Origin: Acidimicrobiia bacterium | GTDB taxonomy: Bacteria > Actinomycetota > Acidimicrobiia > Spongiisociales > ZC4RG35 | DNA length: 64,000 nt | Assembly: GCA_965203555.1 (NCBI GenBank) | Contig: CBDBCY010000004.1 | Span: 1,728,001-1,792,000, forward strand | Direction: 5' to 3' | Shown: in pieces, positions 28,652 through 38,066 of the stretch | Layout: each line of letters opens with the position of its first letter | How positions within the stretch are numbered: position 1 is the stretch's first letter | Program-made: the position numbers and the translations under genes | Notes under the pieces: generated by a model | What the model was told of the DNA's origin: nothing | Database searches by the model: none | Seen by the model: only the letters and a program-made list of their open reading frames with translations

Positions 28652-29701
28652 TCATATGTCAGGTTGGTCTTCGTGGACGACGAGCCGACCGTCGGGCCGG
28701 TGGCCGTTGGAGTAGTCCCGGGCGGAGTCGGTCAATGCTCGAAGGACTTCCATCTTGGTCCCGAGCGGCACGGAACCTTCGGGAGCGATACCGTTGACCC
28801 CGGCCTCCAACACCTTCATGCAAGCATCGTAGGTGTCCTCATAGGTACCGCTGAACAGGGTGGTGGGATTGTTGATGTTGCCCATCAGGGACATCCGATC
28901 TCCGGTGATCCGCTTGGCGACATAGGGATCCACCTGGGACTCGAAGTGGAAGCAGTCCCAACCCGCCTCGGCGAAATAGTCGATCCGGTCGGTGGTCTCG
29001 CCACAACAATGGAAGATGCTGGGTCCGCCCATCTCCACGGTTACCTCTTTGTGCATCTCGAGGAGGAAATCACGGTAGGTCTCCGGGCTGACCAGTTCCC
29101 GGTTGGCGTGGTCGGCCCACATGATGGCGTCGGCGCCCGCCTCCAACTGCGCGTGGGCGGACATCATGCAGGCCGGCAGCATCACTTCCAGGTAACGGCG
29201 GATCTTGTCAGGATCCAAAATGGTGTCCATCAGATAATTCTCGATCCCAACCAGGTGATATCCGACCGACCAGGGTCCGTACACCTTTCCGACGATCCCA
29301 ACATCGGGGTAGCGTTTCCGAAGCAGCCTGATTGCTCCCAGCACCGCCTGGAATGATTGTCGCTTCAGATAATCGGATGGGATCTTGAAGTCTTCGGGAT
29401 CAGTGAGCACATGGTCGCTGGTGGCCGGCCAGTTGTCAACGGTGCCCCACCAGGTGGCGGCATCCAGGGCGTCTGCTTCCAACTGGGAATGGAATACCGG
29501 CATGATCGTGTCGAGACCCAACTCCTCGTAGGCGGTGGCCGCCAGGCGAGCCATCTTCTCCGCATCCAGATGCGCTTCGGGAAACCACGCGTCCGTAATC
29601 TCCATCGCTTCCAGGGTCACCACCGAACTGAGCGTCATGGCAGGTACCTTGTCCACCCGTCCCCCGTACAGCGCCGAAAGGAAACGGCGACGAGGAGTCA
29701 T
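28652..29701 (-). CDS. MtaA/CmuA family (URO-D fold) corrinoid-dependent methyltransferase
   Basis: MTPRRRF, GPWS, AQLEAGAD, SPETYRDF, FHCCG, LMGNINN. Confidence 0.9.
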   Translation of the reverse strand: MTPRRRFLSALYGGRVDKVPAMTLSSVVTLEAMEITDAWFPEAHLDAEKMARLAATAYEELGLDTIMPVFHSQLEADALDAATWWGTVDNWPATSDHVLTDPEDFKIPSDYLKRQSFQAVLGAIRLLRKRYPDVGIVGKVYGPWSVGYHLVGIENYLMDTILDPDKIRRYLEVMLPACMMSAHAQLEAGADAIMWADHANRELVSPETYRDFLLEMHKEVTVEMGGPSIFHCCGETTDRIDYFAEAGWDCFHFESQVDPYVAKRITGDRMSLMGNINNPTTLFSGTYEDTYDACMKVLEAGVNGIAPEGSVPLGTKMEVLRALTDSARDYSNGHRPDGRLVVHEDQPDI

Positions 29702-29960
29702 CCACTCTCCGGTCAGCCGGGTGAAATTCTCACCCTTGAGCTTTATCTTTGCAGGAGAAATGGCAAGTCCTTTCCACAGTGGCCTCACCAAGTGAGGGCA
29801 GGGGTTTCAGGAGATTTTCCCAATAAGAATACCGCCAGTTGACGGCGGCCGTGCCTTCGGCGGGAAACGAATTCGCTTTCAACCGTGTTCAACAATGTTC
29901 CCATACCCGCTCCAACTAGTATCGGCTCAAAGTCAGCGTCTGAAACAAGGAGCGCCAGCG

Positions 29961-31124
29961 ATGACACAAGTCCCAGTAAACCACATCACCTCGGATGCCG
30001 AGCGTGCTCGGCGATATGCCGCCCTACGAGAAGCCATGGCCGGCGCGGGTATGGATGCTTTTGTCATCTGCAGCCGCGGCGACGAGTTCGTACGGGGACG
30101 CGTCCAGTACGTAAGCGACATTTTCCAGTGGGCGGGACGCGGATTTGTGGTTCTTCCCATGAAGGGAGAGGCCATTTTCGTGACCGATCCCCTGTGGGGT
30201 ACCGGGTTCGCAATGCAGGGCATGTGGCTCAACGACTACCGCCAGCCCGACGACGCCGGCACGGAGATCGGATCGATCATCTCCGATCTGGGTCTGTCCA
30301 ACGGCACCATCGGGATAGTGGGCCTGGCCGACATAACATCGGTGGCCGACTACAACAGCATGAAGGTCTCGATGCCCAACGCCACCCTGGTGGACGCCAC
30401 TGACCTGTTCGACGACGTGCGGGCCATCAAGAGCCAGGAGGAGATCGACACCACTATCCACACCGGAAACATCATTCGCCGGGTATTCAGCGCCCTGGAG
30501 GCAGAGATGCGGCCCGGAGTCCAGGAAGTGGACGTGCTGTCAGAGGCCCATCGCCTCGCTCGCCAGTTGGGGTGTCTGGAGGGGATCGCCCTGATGGGTC
30601 GGGCGCCTTTCGCGTGCTTCGGGCCGGGAACCAACGGCGTGATCGAGAAAGACGATGTCATCGTGATCGACCTGGAGTGGGGAGGCCCAATGGGATACTG
30701 GGTCGAAGTTCGCCGGGTGTACAGCTTCAAGCCTCCCACCCCTGAACAGAAGGCTTTCTGGGACCTGCGGGTCGAGAGTTTCGAGGCGTGCGTCCAGGCC
30801 ATGAAGGCCGGAGAGTCTTCTGAGACCATCCTCGATGCCCGCGATCGGGTTTACGATGAATGGGGCTATTCCGCCATGGGCGCCAACTCCTACACTGCCC
30901 ACGGCATCGGCGTCGACTCCCTGGAGCCGCCCTGGGTGCCCGGCAAGGAGCGGATCATGCAGGAGAACATGATGATCAACCTGCATCCGGCCATCGGCTT
31001 CTCGGATCCCCAAAAGGGCGCCATGCTGGGCGGCATCAGCTTGGCCGACAACGTCCTGGTCGGGCCCGACGGAGGAACCCGCATGGTGGACCAGAAAGAC
31101 GAATGGATCGTGCTCGACGCCTAA
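29961..31124 (+). CDS. M24 (creatinase/Xaa-Pro peptidase fold) hydrolase, copy 2
   Basis: shares ICSRGDEFVRGRVQYVSD.FQWAG, IDLEWGGP.GYWVEVRR and YTAHGIG.DS.EPPWVPGK with copy 1; AAGGAG RBS. Confidence 0.88.
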   Translation: MTQVPVNHITSDAERARRYAALREAMAGAGMDAFVICSRGDEFVRGRVQYVSDIFQWAGRGFVVLPMKGEAIFVTDPLWGTGFAMQGMWLNDYRQPDDAGTEIGSIISDLGLSNGTIGIVGLADITSVADYNSMKVSMPNATLVDATDLFDDVRAIKSQEEIDTTIHTGNIIRRVFSALEAEMRPGVQEVDVLSEAHRLARQLGCLEGIALMGRAPFACFGPGTNGVIEKDDVIVIDLEWGGPMGYWVEVRRVYSFKPPTPEQKAFWDLRVESFEACVQAMKAGESSETILDARDRVYDEWGYSAMGANSYTAHGIGVDSLEPPWVPGKERIMQENMMINLHPAIGFSDPQKGAMLGGISLADNVLVGPDGGTRMVDQKDEWIVLDA

Positions 31125-31156
31125 GCGAGCTGATCGACAGCAATCGAACCTACTGC

Positions 31157-31182
31157 AGGCCGGGGCCCCGGCGCCCCGGCCT
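31157..31182. terminator. GC-rich hairpin between convergent genes
   Basis: stem AGGCCGGGGC / GCCCCGGCCT with a 6-nt loop. Confidence 0.55.
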
Positions 31183-31220
31183 CCTGATATCCGATCCGGC
31201 CGCCGCTCGGACCCACAACA

Positions 31221-31649
31221 TCAGGCCAGGGGATTGACCCAACGAAGCCCCGGGAAACGAGCGAAGTCCCAATCGCAGGAGTACAACTCGGCGCCGTGTT
31301 CGACAGCCAGGGCAGCCAAGTGGGCATCAGAGGTCAGATTTCCCCCGATGCCCGGTGGTCCCGGCAAATCTCGTAGGACGGCAGAGTGCCGCGGCGTGGG
31401 GTGAACGACAGTGGTACATGGTTGCTGCAACCAAGAGTCAACAATGTCAAGAGCCTTCACGACACTCATGGGATTCGGGAAGATCGTAGGTGAGGTTGAC
31501 AACCGCAGGAAAGCCAGTAGCACCGACCAGGTCAACGCGACAGTCTCCGTTCCCGACAACGTCTCCTCCAACCAAGAGGGGGCCGGTCCCTGATGTGGCG
31601 AGTCCGAATTGTACGCGTAGAGAAGCAGGTTGACGTCGGGGAGTCTCAC
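31221..31649 (-). CDS. vapC: PIN-domain toxin, VapC family
   Basis: LPDVNLLLYA, FLRLST, GNLTSDAHLAALAVEHG..LYSCD.DFARFPGLRW.NPL. Confidence 0.95.
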   Translation of the reverse strand: MRLPDVNLLLYAYNSDSPHQGPAPSWLEETLSGTETVALTWSVLLAFLRLSTSPTIFPNPMSVVKALDIVDSWLQQPCTTVVHPTPRHSAVLRDLPGPPGIGGNLTSDAHLAALAVEHGAELYSCDWDFARFPGLRWVNPLA

Positions 31650-31907
31650 TTACCAAGTTCCATCTTGTAGGCGATTCGCCTCGTCTTCAAGTCGGTCCGC
31701 CAGTCGCAACGCCCGATCAAGGTCAAGACCGGGCCGCGTTCCCATGGGCCTCGGATGAACTACGAATCGTCGCGAGGCGGGCGTCTCTGCAGCAAGGCCG
31801 GCGCGAACAGCGGCGTTCAACACCTCCTTGAAGGAGACATCCCGCTCGCGGGCCAACGCTTTCAGCCGTTCACCAAGATCGGGATCGAGAGTAACGGTGG
31901 TCCGCAT
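31650..31907 (-). CDS. vapB: RHH antitoxin with a probable +1 indel near the 3' end
   Basis: MRTTVTLDPD...SFKEVLNAAVRAGL; removing one base at 31675-31676 gives ...DEAIAYKMELGK* with a GTGA overlap on vapC. Confidence 0.85.
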   Translation of the reverse strand: MRTTVTLDPDLGERLKALARERDVSFKEVLNAAVRAGLAAETPASRRFVVHPRPMGTRPGLDLDRALRLADRLEDEANRLQDGTW

Positions 31908-31972
31908 TGGAGACATCTTAGATCATCAATAGGAGCATCATCGCATCAACTGTTGAGAAGCACTGCGGCTGT

Positions 31973-32575
31973 TTAGATGGCGATGCCTTCCCAAACCATG
32001 GCGGTGAACGTGTCCGCCACCTCTTCGGCCGACAGCTTCCCCCGGGGCGAATACCACTGGTAGGCCCAGGCGCACATCCCCAAAATCCCCAGACTCAACA
32101 CTTGGGCGACCAGGTCGGCCCTGATCAGACCGACCTCCTGGCCCCTTTGCACGACCCCCAAAAACATCCCCTCCATCTCATCCCGTTTGACCTTGACTTC
32201 GGCAAACCCCTCCTCGGACAGGAACCGCCGCTCTCCGAGAAAGACCGCCACATGCGAACGGTAATGCTCCACCGCTTCCAATGCAGTGCGGACAAGTCCC
32301 CGCAGTTGCTCTGCCGGATCGTTGGTCGAGGCCAGCACAGCGCGGACCGCCGCCAACTGGTGATCGATGAATTCGTCGTGAATTACTCGCAGCAACTCTT
32401 CCTTGCTGACAAAGTGGTAATAGAAGGCGCCCTTGGTGAGACCGGCGTCATCAACGATTGACTGCACGGACGTGGAGGCGAACCCGTTCCGTTCGAACAG
32501 GTTGCGGGCACTGGCTACCAGCGCCTGCCGGGTTGCAACGGTGGAGTATCTCTTCTTCGGCACGCGCTTTGCCAT
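31973..32575 (-). CDS. TetR/AcrR family regulator (KstR2-like C-domain)
   Basis: LFERNGF..TSV..IV..AGLTKGAFYYHF.SKEELL; WAYQWYSPRG. Confidence 0.93.
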   Translation of the reverse strand: MAKRVPKKRYSTVATRQALVASARNLFERNGFASTSVQSIVDDAGLTKGAFYYHFVSKEELLRVIHDEFIDHQLAAVRAVLASTNDPAEQLRGLVRTALEAVEHYRSHVAVFLGERRFLSEEGFAEVKVKRDEMEGMFLGVVQRGQEVGLIRADLVAQVLSLGILGMCAWAYQWYSPRGKLSAEEVADTFTAMVWEGIAI

Positions 32576-32890
32576 GTGTCGGACTCTAACCATTGCGACA
32601 AGCAGAGCGTCCCCGCCGGCCCGACGGGACCCGTAACGCCCGCTCCTTGAGGACGGTCTTCAAATCCCTTGTCAGCCCGGTTGCAGGGAAGCGTCCCATG
32701 AACTTCTCGGGAAGACGCACGGTGTCGGGGTAGCGGAAACCCGGACACGCTGGGTGTCGTGATGAGCATCCACCGGTTGCCCGGACGATCCAATTCTTCG
32801 TCGAGCGATCCGAGAATCCCCTTTCCGAACGCCACCCCGTCTGTGGGAGGATATCGCAGGTCCGGGCCCGGTCCGGCATCGGTTCATCTC

Positions 32891-33874
32891 TTATCTGTCG
32901 GCCAAGGCCGGAATCACCTCTTCGCCCAGCAACCTGATGCTCCGCTCGGCGATCTGCGGATCCATTCCCATCCAATCAACCCGGCACATGATCTCGGTCA
33001 CTCCCGCCTCCTCCTGCAATGCACGACACTTGCCGATCACCCCGTCGGGATCTCCCACCACCGCATGTTGATCCAGGGCTGCTCGGGCTGTGAGCTGGTC
33101 GGCCGAATCCCAGGAGCGGTAGCCCCGGTATTGAGCGGCCAGATGCGGCCATACTGCTCCGGTCGCCTCTTCTCTGCTCGCCGCAACCGCCACTTCCCGC
33201 GCCAGCGGGTAGGGCCGTTTCATGCTGTGCCCCCACCGGCGTAGTTCCTCTCGATAGACACCGAACCTTTCCGCCACCTCCGACACCGGCCCCTCGGGAG
33301 TTCCCAGCCAGGGTGCGTCCAGCCGAGCCGCCCGCCTTATCCCCTTCATGCCAAAGGCGCCGAGCCAAACAGGCGGCCCATCCTGCTGGGCAGGGCGCAG
33401 ATTCATCTTGATTCGGTCGGCCTGTCCCCAATCTTCGTCGTAGGAAACGGTCTCTCCCCTCCACAGCGCCCGCATCAACGCCAGGTATTTCTCAAAAAGC
33501 TGGTGGCGATGAGCCCAGGGTACGCCCAGCGCCCGGTACTCCACCCGCCGGTATCCCACCCCGAACCCCGCAATCAACCGGCCTTCCGAGAGCACGTCCA
33601 ATGTGGCCAACTCTTCCGCCAAGGCCAGTGGGTGCTGGAGTGTCGCCAGATACACACCCAACCCGATGCGGATGCGGTCGGTCCGGGCGGCCAGATAGGA
33701 GGCGGTGGACACCGGCTGGAAGAACTGGGAGGAAGCAAGATAGTGATGTCCCAGGAACAATGCCTCGAATCCCAGAGACTCGGCCAGCAGTGCCTGATGC
33801 GTTATGACTCGCAGACGCTCGGTTGGCGACTCGCCCGGGGCTGCTTGAGCAGAAAGAAAGAGGCTGAGGCGCAC
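32891..33874 (-). CDS. LLM-class flavin-dependent oxidoreductase
   Basis: LGHHY, LAARTDRIRIG, LAEELATLDVLSEGRL..GFGVGYR, PPVWLGA. Confidence 0.92.
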   Translation of the reverse strand: MRLSLFLSAQAAPGESPTERLRVITHQALLAESLGFEALFLGHHYLASSQFFQPVSTASYLAARTDRIRIGLGVYLATLQHPLALAEELATLDVLSEGRLIAGFGVGYRRVEYRALGVPWAHRHQLFEKYLALMRALWRGETVSYDEDWGQADRIKMNLRPAQQDGPPVWLGAFGMKGIRRAARLDAPWLGTPEGPVSEVAERFGVYREELRRWGHSMKRPYPLAREVAVAASREEATGAVWPHLAAQYRGYRSWDSADQLTARAALDQHAVVGDPDGVIGKCRALQEEAGVTEIMCRVDWMGMDPQIAERSIRLLGEEVIPALADR

Positions 33875-33880
33875 CGGGAA

Positions 33881-34402
33881 TCAGCCCGGCGATTGAAGAT
33901 AACTGCCCCGGAAAAACCCGAGAGCCGGTCTGTCGGTCTCCTCGAATTCCAGCCGTTCCACTTCTCCCAGGTAGATCACGTGATCACCACCCGGAACAGC
34001 TTCCACCACCCGGCACTCGAACCGCACCAGGTAGTCGTCCAGCAGCGGAACGCCGCCCAGTCCCGGCGTCCAGGCCACTCCTTCCAGCTTCTCCATCCCC
34101 GAGAGATCGGCTTGGGCAAATCGCCGGCAGAGATCCTCCTGGTGAGCGCCGAGGATGTGGACCGCGTAGCGACGGGAACTCTCCATGGCGCGAAGGCTGT
34201 TGGCCCCCCTGTCCACCGAGACCAGCACCAACGGCGGCTCCAGCGACACCGACGTGAATGAGTTGGCCGCCAGTCCGGCCGGTCCGGTCTCTTGGTCAAT
34301 GGTGGTTACGATGGTCACCCCCGTCATGAATTGACCGCAGGCTCTCCGAAATGTCAGGGAATCGAACCCCGCCGGTGAAGTGGATGCGCCGTCTGTTTTC
34401 AT
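33881..34402 (-). CDS. flavin reductase family protein
   Basis: FRRACGQFMTGVTIVT, ANSFTSVSLEPPLV, GGDHVIYLG. Confidence 0.93.
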   Translation of the reverse strand: MKTDGASTSPAGFDSLTFRRACGQFMTGVTIVTTIDQETGPAGLAANSFTSVSLEPPLVLVSVDRGANSLRAMESSRRYAVHILGAHQEDLCRRFAQADLSGMEKLEGVAWTPGLGGVPLLDDYLVRFECRVVEAVPGGDHVIYLGEVERLEFEETDRPALGFFRGSYLQSPG

Positions 34403-34443
34403 ACCAGCCGGTTTAAACTCTATACCTGCTCGTACGGCCCGGA

Positions 34444-35181
34444 TCAACCGCCGCCCAGGTGTTTGAAGGCCTCTGCCGAGCGGATCGTCGCCAAGGCCGC
34501 CTCGGCAACCTTTTCCTCTACTGCTTCGGCGGAAGCATGGCGAATCCCTACTGCCAACTGCTTGGTGGATCGGATCACAGACGGCGACAGCTTTGCCAGC
34601 CTCTCCAGCAACTGTTCTCTCTCCGAAGCGTCTGCCACCATGCCGACCATCCCCGCGGCCAATGCCTGCCCGGCGGGAACTCGACCGGCGCAAAGCAGCG
34701 ACAGCAAGGCGCCCCGCACTCCCAAAGACTCCACCAGCGCCGGGAGCACCACTGCAGGAACCACCCCCATGTCCGCCTCGGGAAAGTAGAACCGAGCGGC
34801 GGGATCGGCCACCGCCAGATCGGCCGACATAGCCAGCGCCGCCCCGAAGCCGATGGCGTAGCCCTGCACCAGAGCCACGGTGAACTGCGGCATCTGCCTC
34901 ACCCGACGAAGGAGGCGCACGTTTTCGACCATGTAGCAGGTCACTGTCTCATCGTCGGCGGCCGACAGGCGTCCGAATTCCGACAGATCCCATCCGGCGC
35001 AGAAGTGTTCGCCGGCCCCTTCCAGCACCAACGCCGCCAGGTCATCGCTTCTCTCAATGTCGTCCAGTGCGGACAGGAGGCCCTGAGTGGTTGCCTGATC
35101 GAAGGCATTGCGGCGCGTGGGACGGTTGAGAAGGATGCGGGCAAGTGATCCTTCACGGACGGTTTGCACGGAATCAGTCAT
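34444..35181 (-). CDS. enoyl-CoA hydratase/isomerase
   Basis: LNRP..RNAF, FCAGWDL, GYAIGFG, PEADMG. Confidence 0.9.
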   Translation of the reverse strand: MTDSVQTVREGSLARILLNRPTRRNAFDQATTQGLLSALDDIERSDDLAALVLEGAGEHFCAGWDLSEFGRLSAADDETVTCYMVENVRLLRRVRQMPQFTVALVQGYAIGFGAALAMSADLAVADPAARFYFPEADMGVVPAVVLPALVESLGVRGALLSLLCAGRVPAGQALAAGMVGMVADASEREQLLERLAKLSPSVIRSTKQLAVGIRHASAEAVEEKVAEAALATIRSAEAFKHLGGG

Positions 35182-35304
35182 GGAATGTGGTGGTTTGTAG
35201 GGGGCTACTGTTCAGATGATGCCAAACGAATATACGGACTTGTCCCTCACAGGTGAAAAGCCCCCGACACCTCGGTCGGCGCCGGCCACCGGCCCTCGCC
35301 GTTC

Positions 35305-36291
35305 ATGAAATTCGGGATTCTTCTCAACCACCAGTATCTGCCGGGGGATCCTCTGGGACCACGGGTGGGAGAGATCGTGGAACTGGTAGCGGCGGCGCGC
35401 GACCTGGGCTTCGACTCGGTGTTCGCCAGTCATCATTACCTGGACAGCCTGCAAACACTCCAACCGCTGACGCTGCTGGCGCTGATCATCCCGGTCTCGG
35501 GAACCATGGAGTTGGGTACGGGCGTTCTTCTGAGCACTCTGGCCCATCCCGTCCACATCGCGGAAGAGGTTGCCACACTGGATCAGCTGTCCGGCGGCCG
35601 CGTGATTCTCGGCGTTGGCGCCGGCTACAGGGCCAGCGAGTTCCAAAGCTTCGGCGTGGAGCAAAAGAGCATTGGTCGAAGATTCGTGGAGTCCGTGGAA
35701 CTCCTGAGAGCATTGTGGTCGGCAAAGCCGGTAACTTTCCACGGTGAATTCTTCCGACTCGAAGAGCAGACCATCGGCATTCCGCCGGCCCAGCAGTGCG
35801 GACCTCCTCTCTGGGTGGGCGCCGGCGTGCCCCACACCATCCTCCGAGCGGCCCGGATCGGCGACGCCTGGCTGCCCTCCCCCCATGTCAAGCCCCGTTG
35901 GGCCATAGGAAACCTGCAGACTTTCCGCGAGGAGGCGCGCGCCTTCGGTCGCTTGCAACAAATCAACAGTTGCCCCATCCCCCGGGAGACGTACGTTTCC
36001 ACCAGCCGCGCCCAAGCGGCCAGGGAAGCGGAGCCCTTCACCAGGAACGAGTACCGCCACTACTCCAACTACCAACTCGACTTCTTCGAAACGATGTTCG
36101 ACGACCTGCGGGAAAAGTCATTCCTGTGGGGTTCCCCCGATGACGTCGCCGCCGGAATCGACAACCTGGCCCGAGGCGGGTTCGATCACATCCTTTTCCG
36201 GATGTCCTGGCTGGGAATGCCGTTCTCTCTCACCATGAGAAGCTTGGAGCTCCTGGGCCGAGAAGTCCTTCCCCGCTACTCCCAGCCCTGA
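35305..36291 (+). CDS. LLM-class flavin-dependent oxidoreductase
   Basis: HHYL, HPVHIAEEVATLDQLSGGRVILGVGAGYR, PPLWVGAG. Confidence 0.92.
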   Translation: MKFGILLNHQYLPGDPLGPRVGEIVELVAAARDLGFDSVFASHHYLDSLQTLQPLTLLALIIPVSGTMELGTGVLLSTLAHPVHIAEEVATLDQLSGGRVILGVGAGYRASEFQSFGVEQKSIGRRFVESVELLRALWSAKPVTFHGEFFRLEEQTIGIPPAQQCGPPLWVGAGVPHTILRAARIGDAWLPSPHVKPRWAIGNLQTFREEARAFGRLQQINSCPIPRETYVSTSRAQAAREAEPFTRNEYRHYSNYQLDFFETMFDDLREKSFLWGSPDDVAAGIDNLARGGFDHILFRMSWLGMPFSLTMRSLELLGREVLPRYSQP

Positions 36292-36363
36292 CTATTCGTG
36301 TGGGAGTATGGAAATTATACGAAAGCGGGAGAGTAAGTAAGGGCGTGATCGCCCAAACACCAA

Positions 36364-36392
36364 GAGGCCGGAAGAAGCGCTTTCCCGGCCTC
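36364..36392. terminator. hairpin between convergent genes
   Basis: GAGGCCGG...CCGGCCTC inverted repeat. Confidence 0.5.
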
Positions 36393-36418
36393 CTGTGCTA
36401 ACTGGGTCGAGTAGGGGT

Positions 36419-37009
36419 TTAGTCTGCTACCTGGATCGTGGTCTTGGCCATCGAGCTCTTGAACCGACTGCAATTTTTGGCTTCGGCGTCGCGCTTCCTC
36501 TCCCGTTTGCACTCGCCTACGGCTTGGGCTTTGATCCTGATGCTGTTGCTGTCACCGGCGAACTCCACCGTCGGGTTTAGATTCGTGGGGGACACTTTTT
36601 CGATGTGTAACTGGTCTTTGGTCGCAGCGTCAATGAACAGGATGCGGTATCTGACCGGTTGCTCGCTTCCCTCGGCCGGACTCAGTGAGACCTCGCACCG
36701 GATGTCAGTGGCTACCGACTGACAGGACGCGGACAGACGCGCCAGGGGATCGGGGCGGTGGTTTTCGTCTTCGTCGTGGTCGTCGTGGTCGTCTTCGGGG
36801 CCGTGGCTGTGGCCGGGGCCGGTGTCATAGACCCAATTACAAGTCTGGCCAACTCCGCTCGGATTGGGCACACACATCCAAACGATTCTGGTTCCCTCGT
36901 GGATGCCGCCGCTGTAAGGGTCGTCCAGGTCCGGGATTCCCTGGGCCGTTACCGGAATGGCTGGCGCCACCAGGACGGTTAGCAACAGAATCGCTGCAAT
37001 ACGTCTCAT
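36419..37009 (-). CDS. secreted His/Asp-rich protein of unknown function
   Basis: GAAAGGAG RBS; signal peptide MRRIAAILLLTVLVAPAIPVTA; HSHGPEDDHDDHDEDENH tract; six Cys. Confidence 0.75.
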   Translation of the reverse strand: MRRIAAILLLTVLVAPAIPVTAQGIPDLDDPYSGGIHEGTRIVWMCVPNPSGVGQTCNWVYDTGPGHSHGPEDDHDDHDEDENHRPDPLARLSASCQSVATDIRCEVSLSPAEGSEQPVRYRILFIDAATKDQLHIEKVSPTNLNPTVEFAGDSNSIRIKAQAVGECKRERKRDAEAKNCSRFKSSMAKTTIQVAD

Positions 37010-37045
37010 TGACCTAACTCCTTTCGGGGGGGGTGCTGAATGGGT

Positions 37046-37078
37046 GAGAATGATAATCATTATTAGTCTTGGGTCCAA
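37046..37078 (-). promoter_or_regulatory. sigma70-type promoter overlapped by a Fur-family (Fur/Zur) box
   Basis: minus strand TTGGAC-N17-TATCAT; GAGAATGATAATCATTATT at 37046-37064 matches GATAATGATAATCATTATC at 17/19. Confidence 0.75.
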
Positions 37079-37399
37079 AGTTGTGCCGGTTTGAGGAGTT
37101 CACCGGACGATCGGTCTTGGGGAGTTCCGCTCGCCGGTGTCCCTTACGGCTTCGTGGCGGCTCCGATGCTGCATCGGGGTGTGCGGGTGGGCAACATCTA
37201 TGCAGGTAAGCGAAGAGCCGGGTGGGGTGTTCACTTTGGAGGATGAACAGATCCTGGTGCTGTCCGCTTCTCAGGCGGGGCAGGTGATTGCCAAGGCCCG
37301 CCGGCACCGGGACGAGCAGCGGGCTCGGACCCAACCGGGATGCGCCAGCACCTCCAGATCAATGTCGACCGGGCCGACCGTTGGGGGAGATCAACGGCG

Positions 37400-37620
37400 A
37401 CTTGTCGGACGTGGCTCGCATCATGACGGGTCTTCTGCCGGTGGACCCGGAACTACCAAACGGGTCTGCGACGCCCCCCCCCCCGAAGGGGTTCAACAAC
37501 CTCCTCCAAATCCCACACCGAGTCGCTCACGGGTTCACGAACCCGACAACTACGCAGCCAGAGGAGTTCTCGCAGCATGACTCCCCACACCGACCACCGC
37601 GCCCAAACCCAACGAAGTCG
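37400..37620 (+). mobile_element. ISL3-family transposase 3' remnant (boundaries approximate)
   Basis: frameshifted GFNNLLQ...RVAHGFTNP-DNYAARGVLAA*, typical of an ISL3 C-terminus. Confidence 0.65.
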
Positions 37621-37699
37621 TGCCACCTCCACATATCGGGCCGCACCATCGCCCGCCGGCTACCGATGGTCAACTGACCCATCTCCAAGGGTCAGAGTG

Positions 37700-37920
37700 A
37701 CCACGGACCACCAACAGTGATGACAGGCGACGCGTGCGGGTCCGTTCACGCCCGTGAATAGCGCCAGGTCAGGGTGCTCCCGGCGGCAGGTCTCGAGAGC
37801 CATTTGGCAGCGGGGAAAGCGGGCGCCCTGCCGGGAGGCCGACGAGGTTCGGGGGGCACCCTGCGATCGGGTGCAGCCGGTCGCCCGTTCCGCCCACGCG
37901 CGGTACGGCTTCGACCAGAC
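37700..37920 (-). pseudogene. degenerate C-terminus of an oligopeptide ABC ATPase (OppD/OppF)
   Basis: G.RFPRCQMA.ETC..EHP.L...RVACH remnant with no ATPase core. Confidence 0.5.
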
Positions 37921-38066
37921 CGCGCCCCGGCGATGGATCCGGTGACCGGCTCGCCGGAATGCAAGCCCGGACCGCCATGGCGCCGGGCCGGTTGGAGGGT
38001 CACCCTCCCCGGGCGGGCCCGTGATCCCTTCGAACCGCCCTCCCATCCTCTCTAATCTCGGACCCC

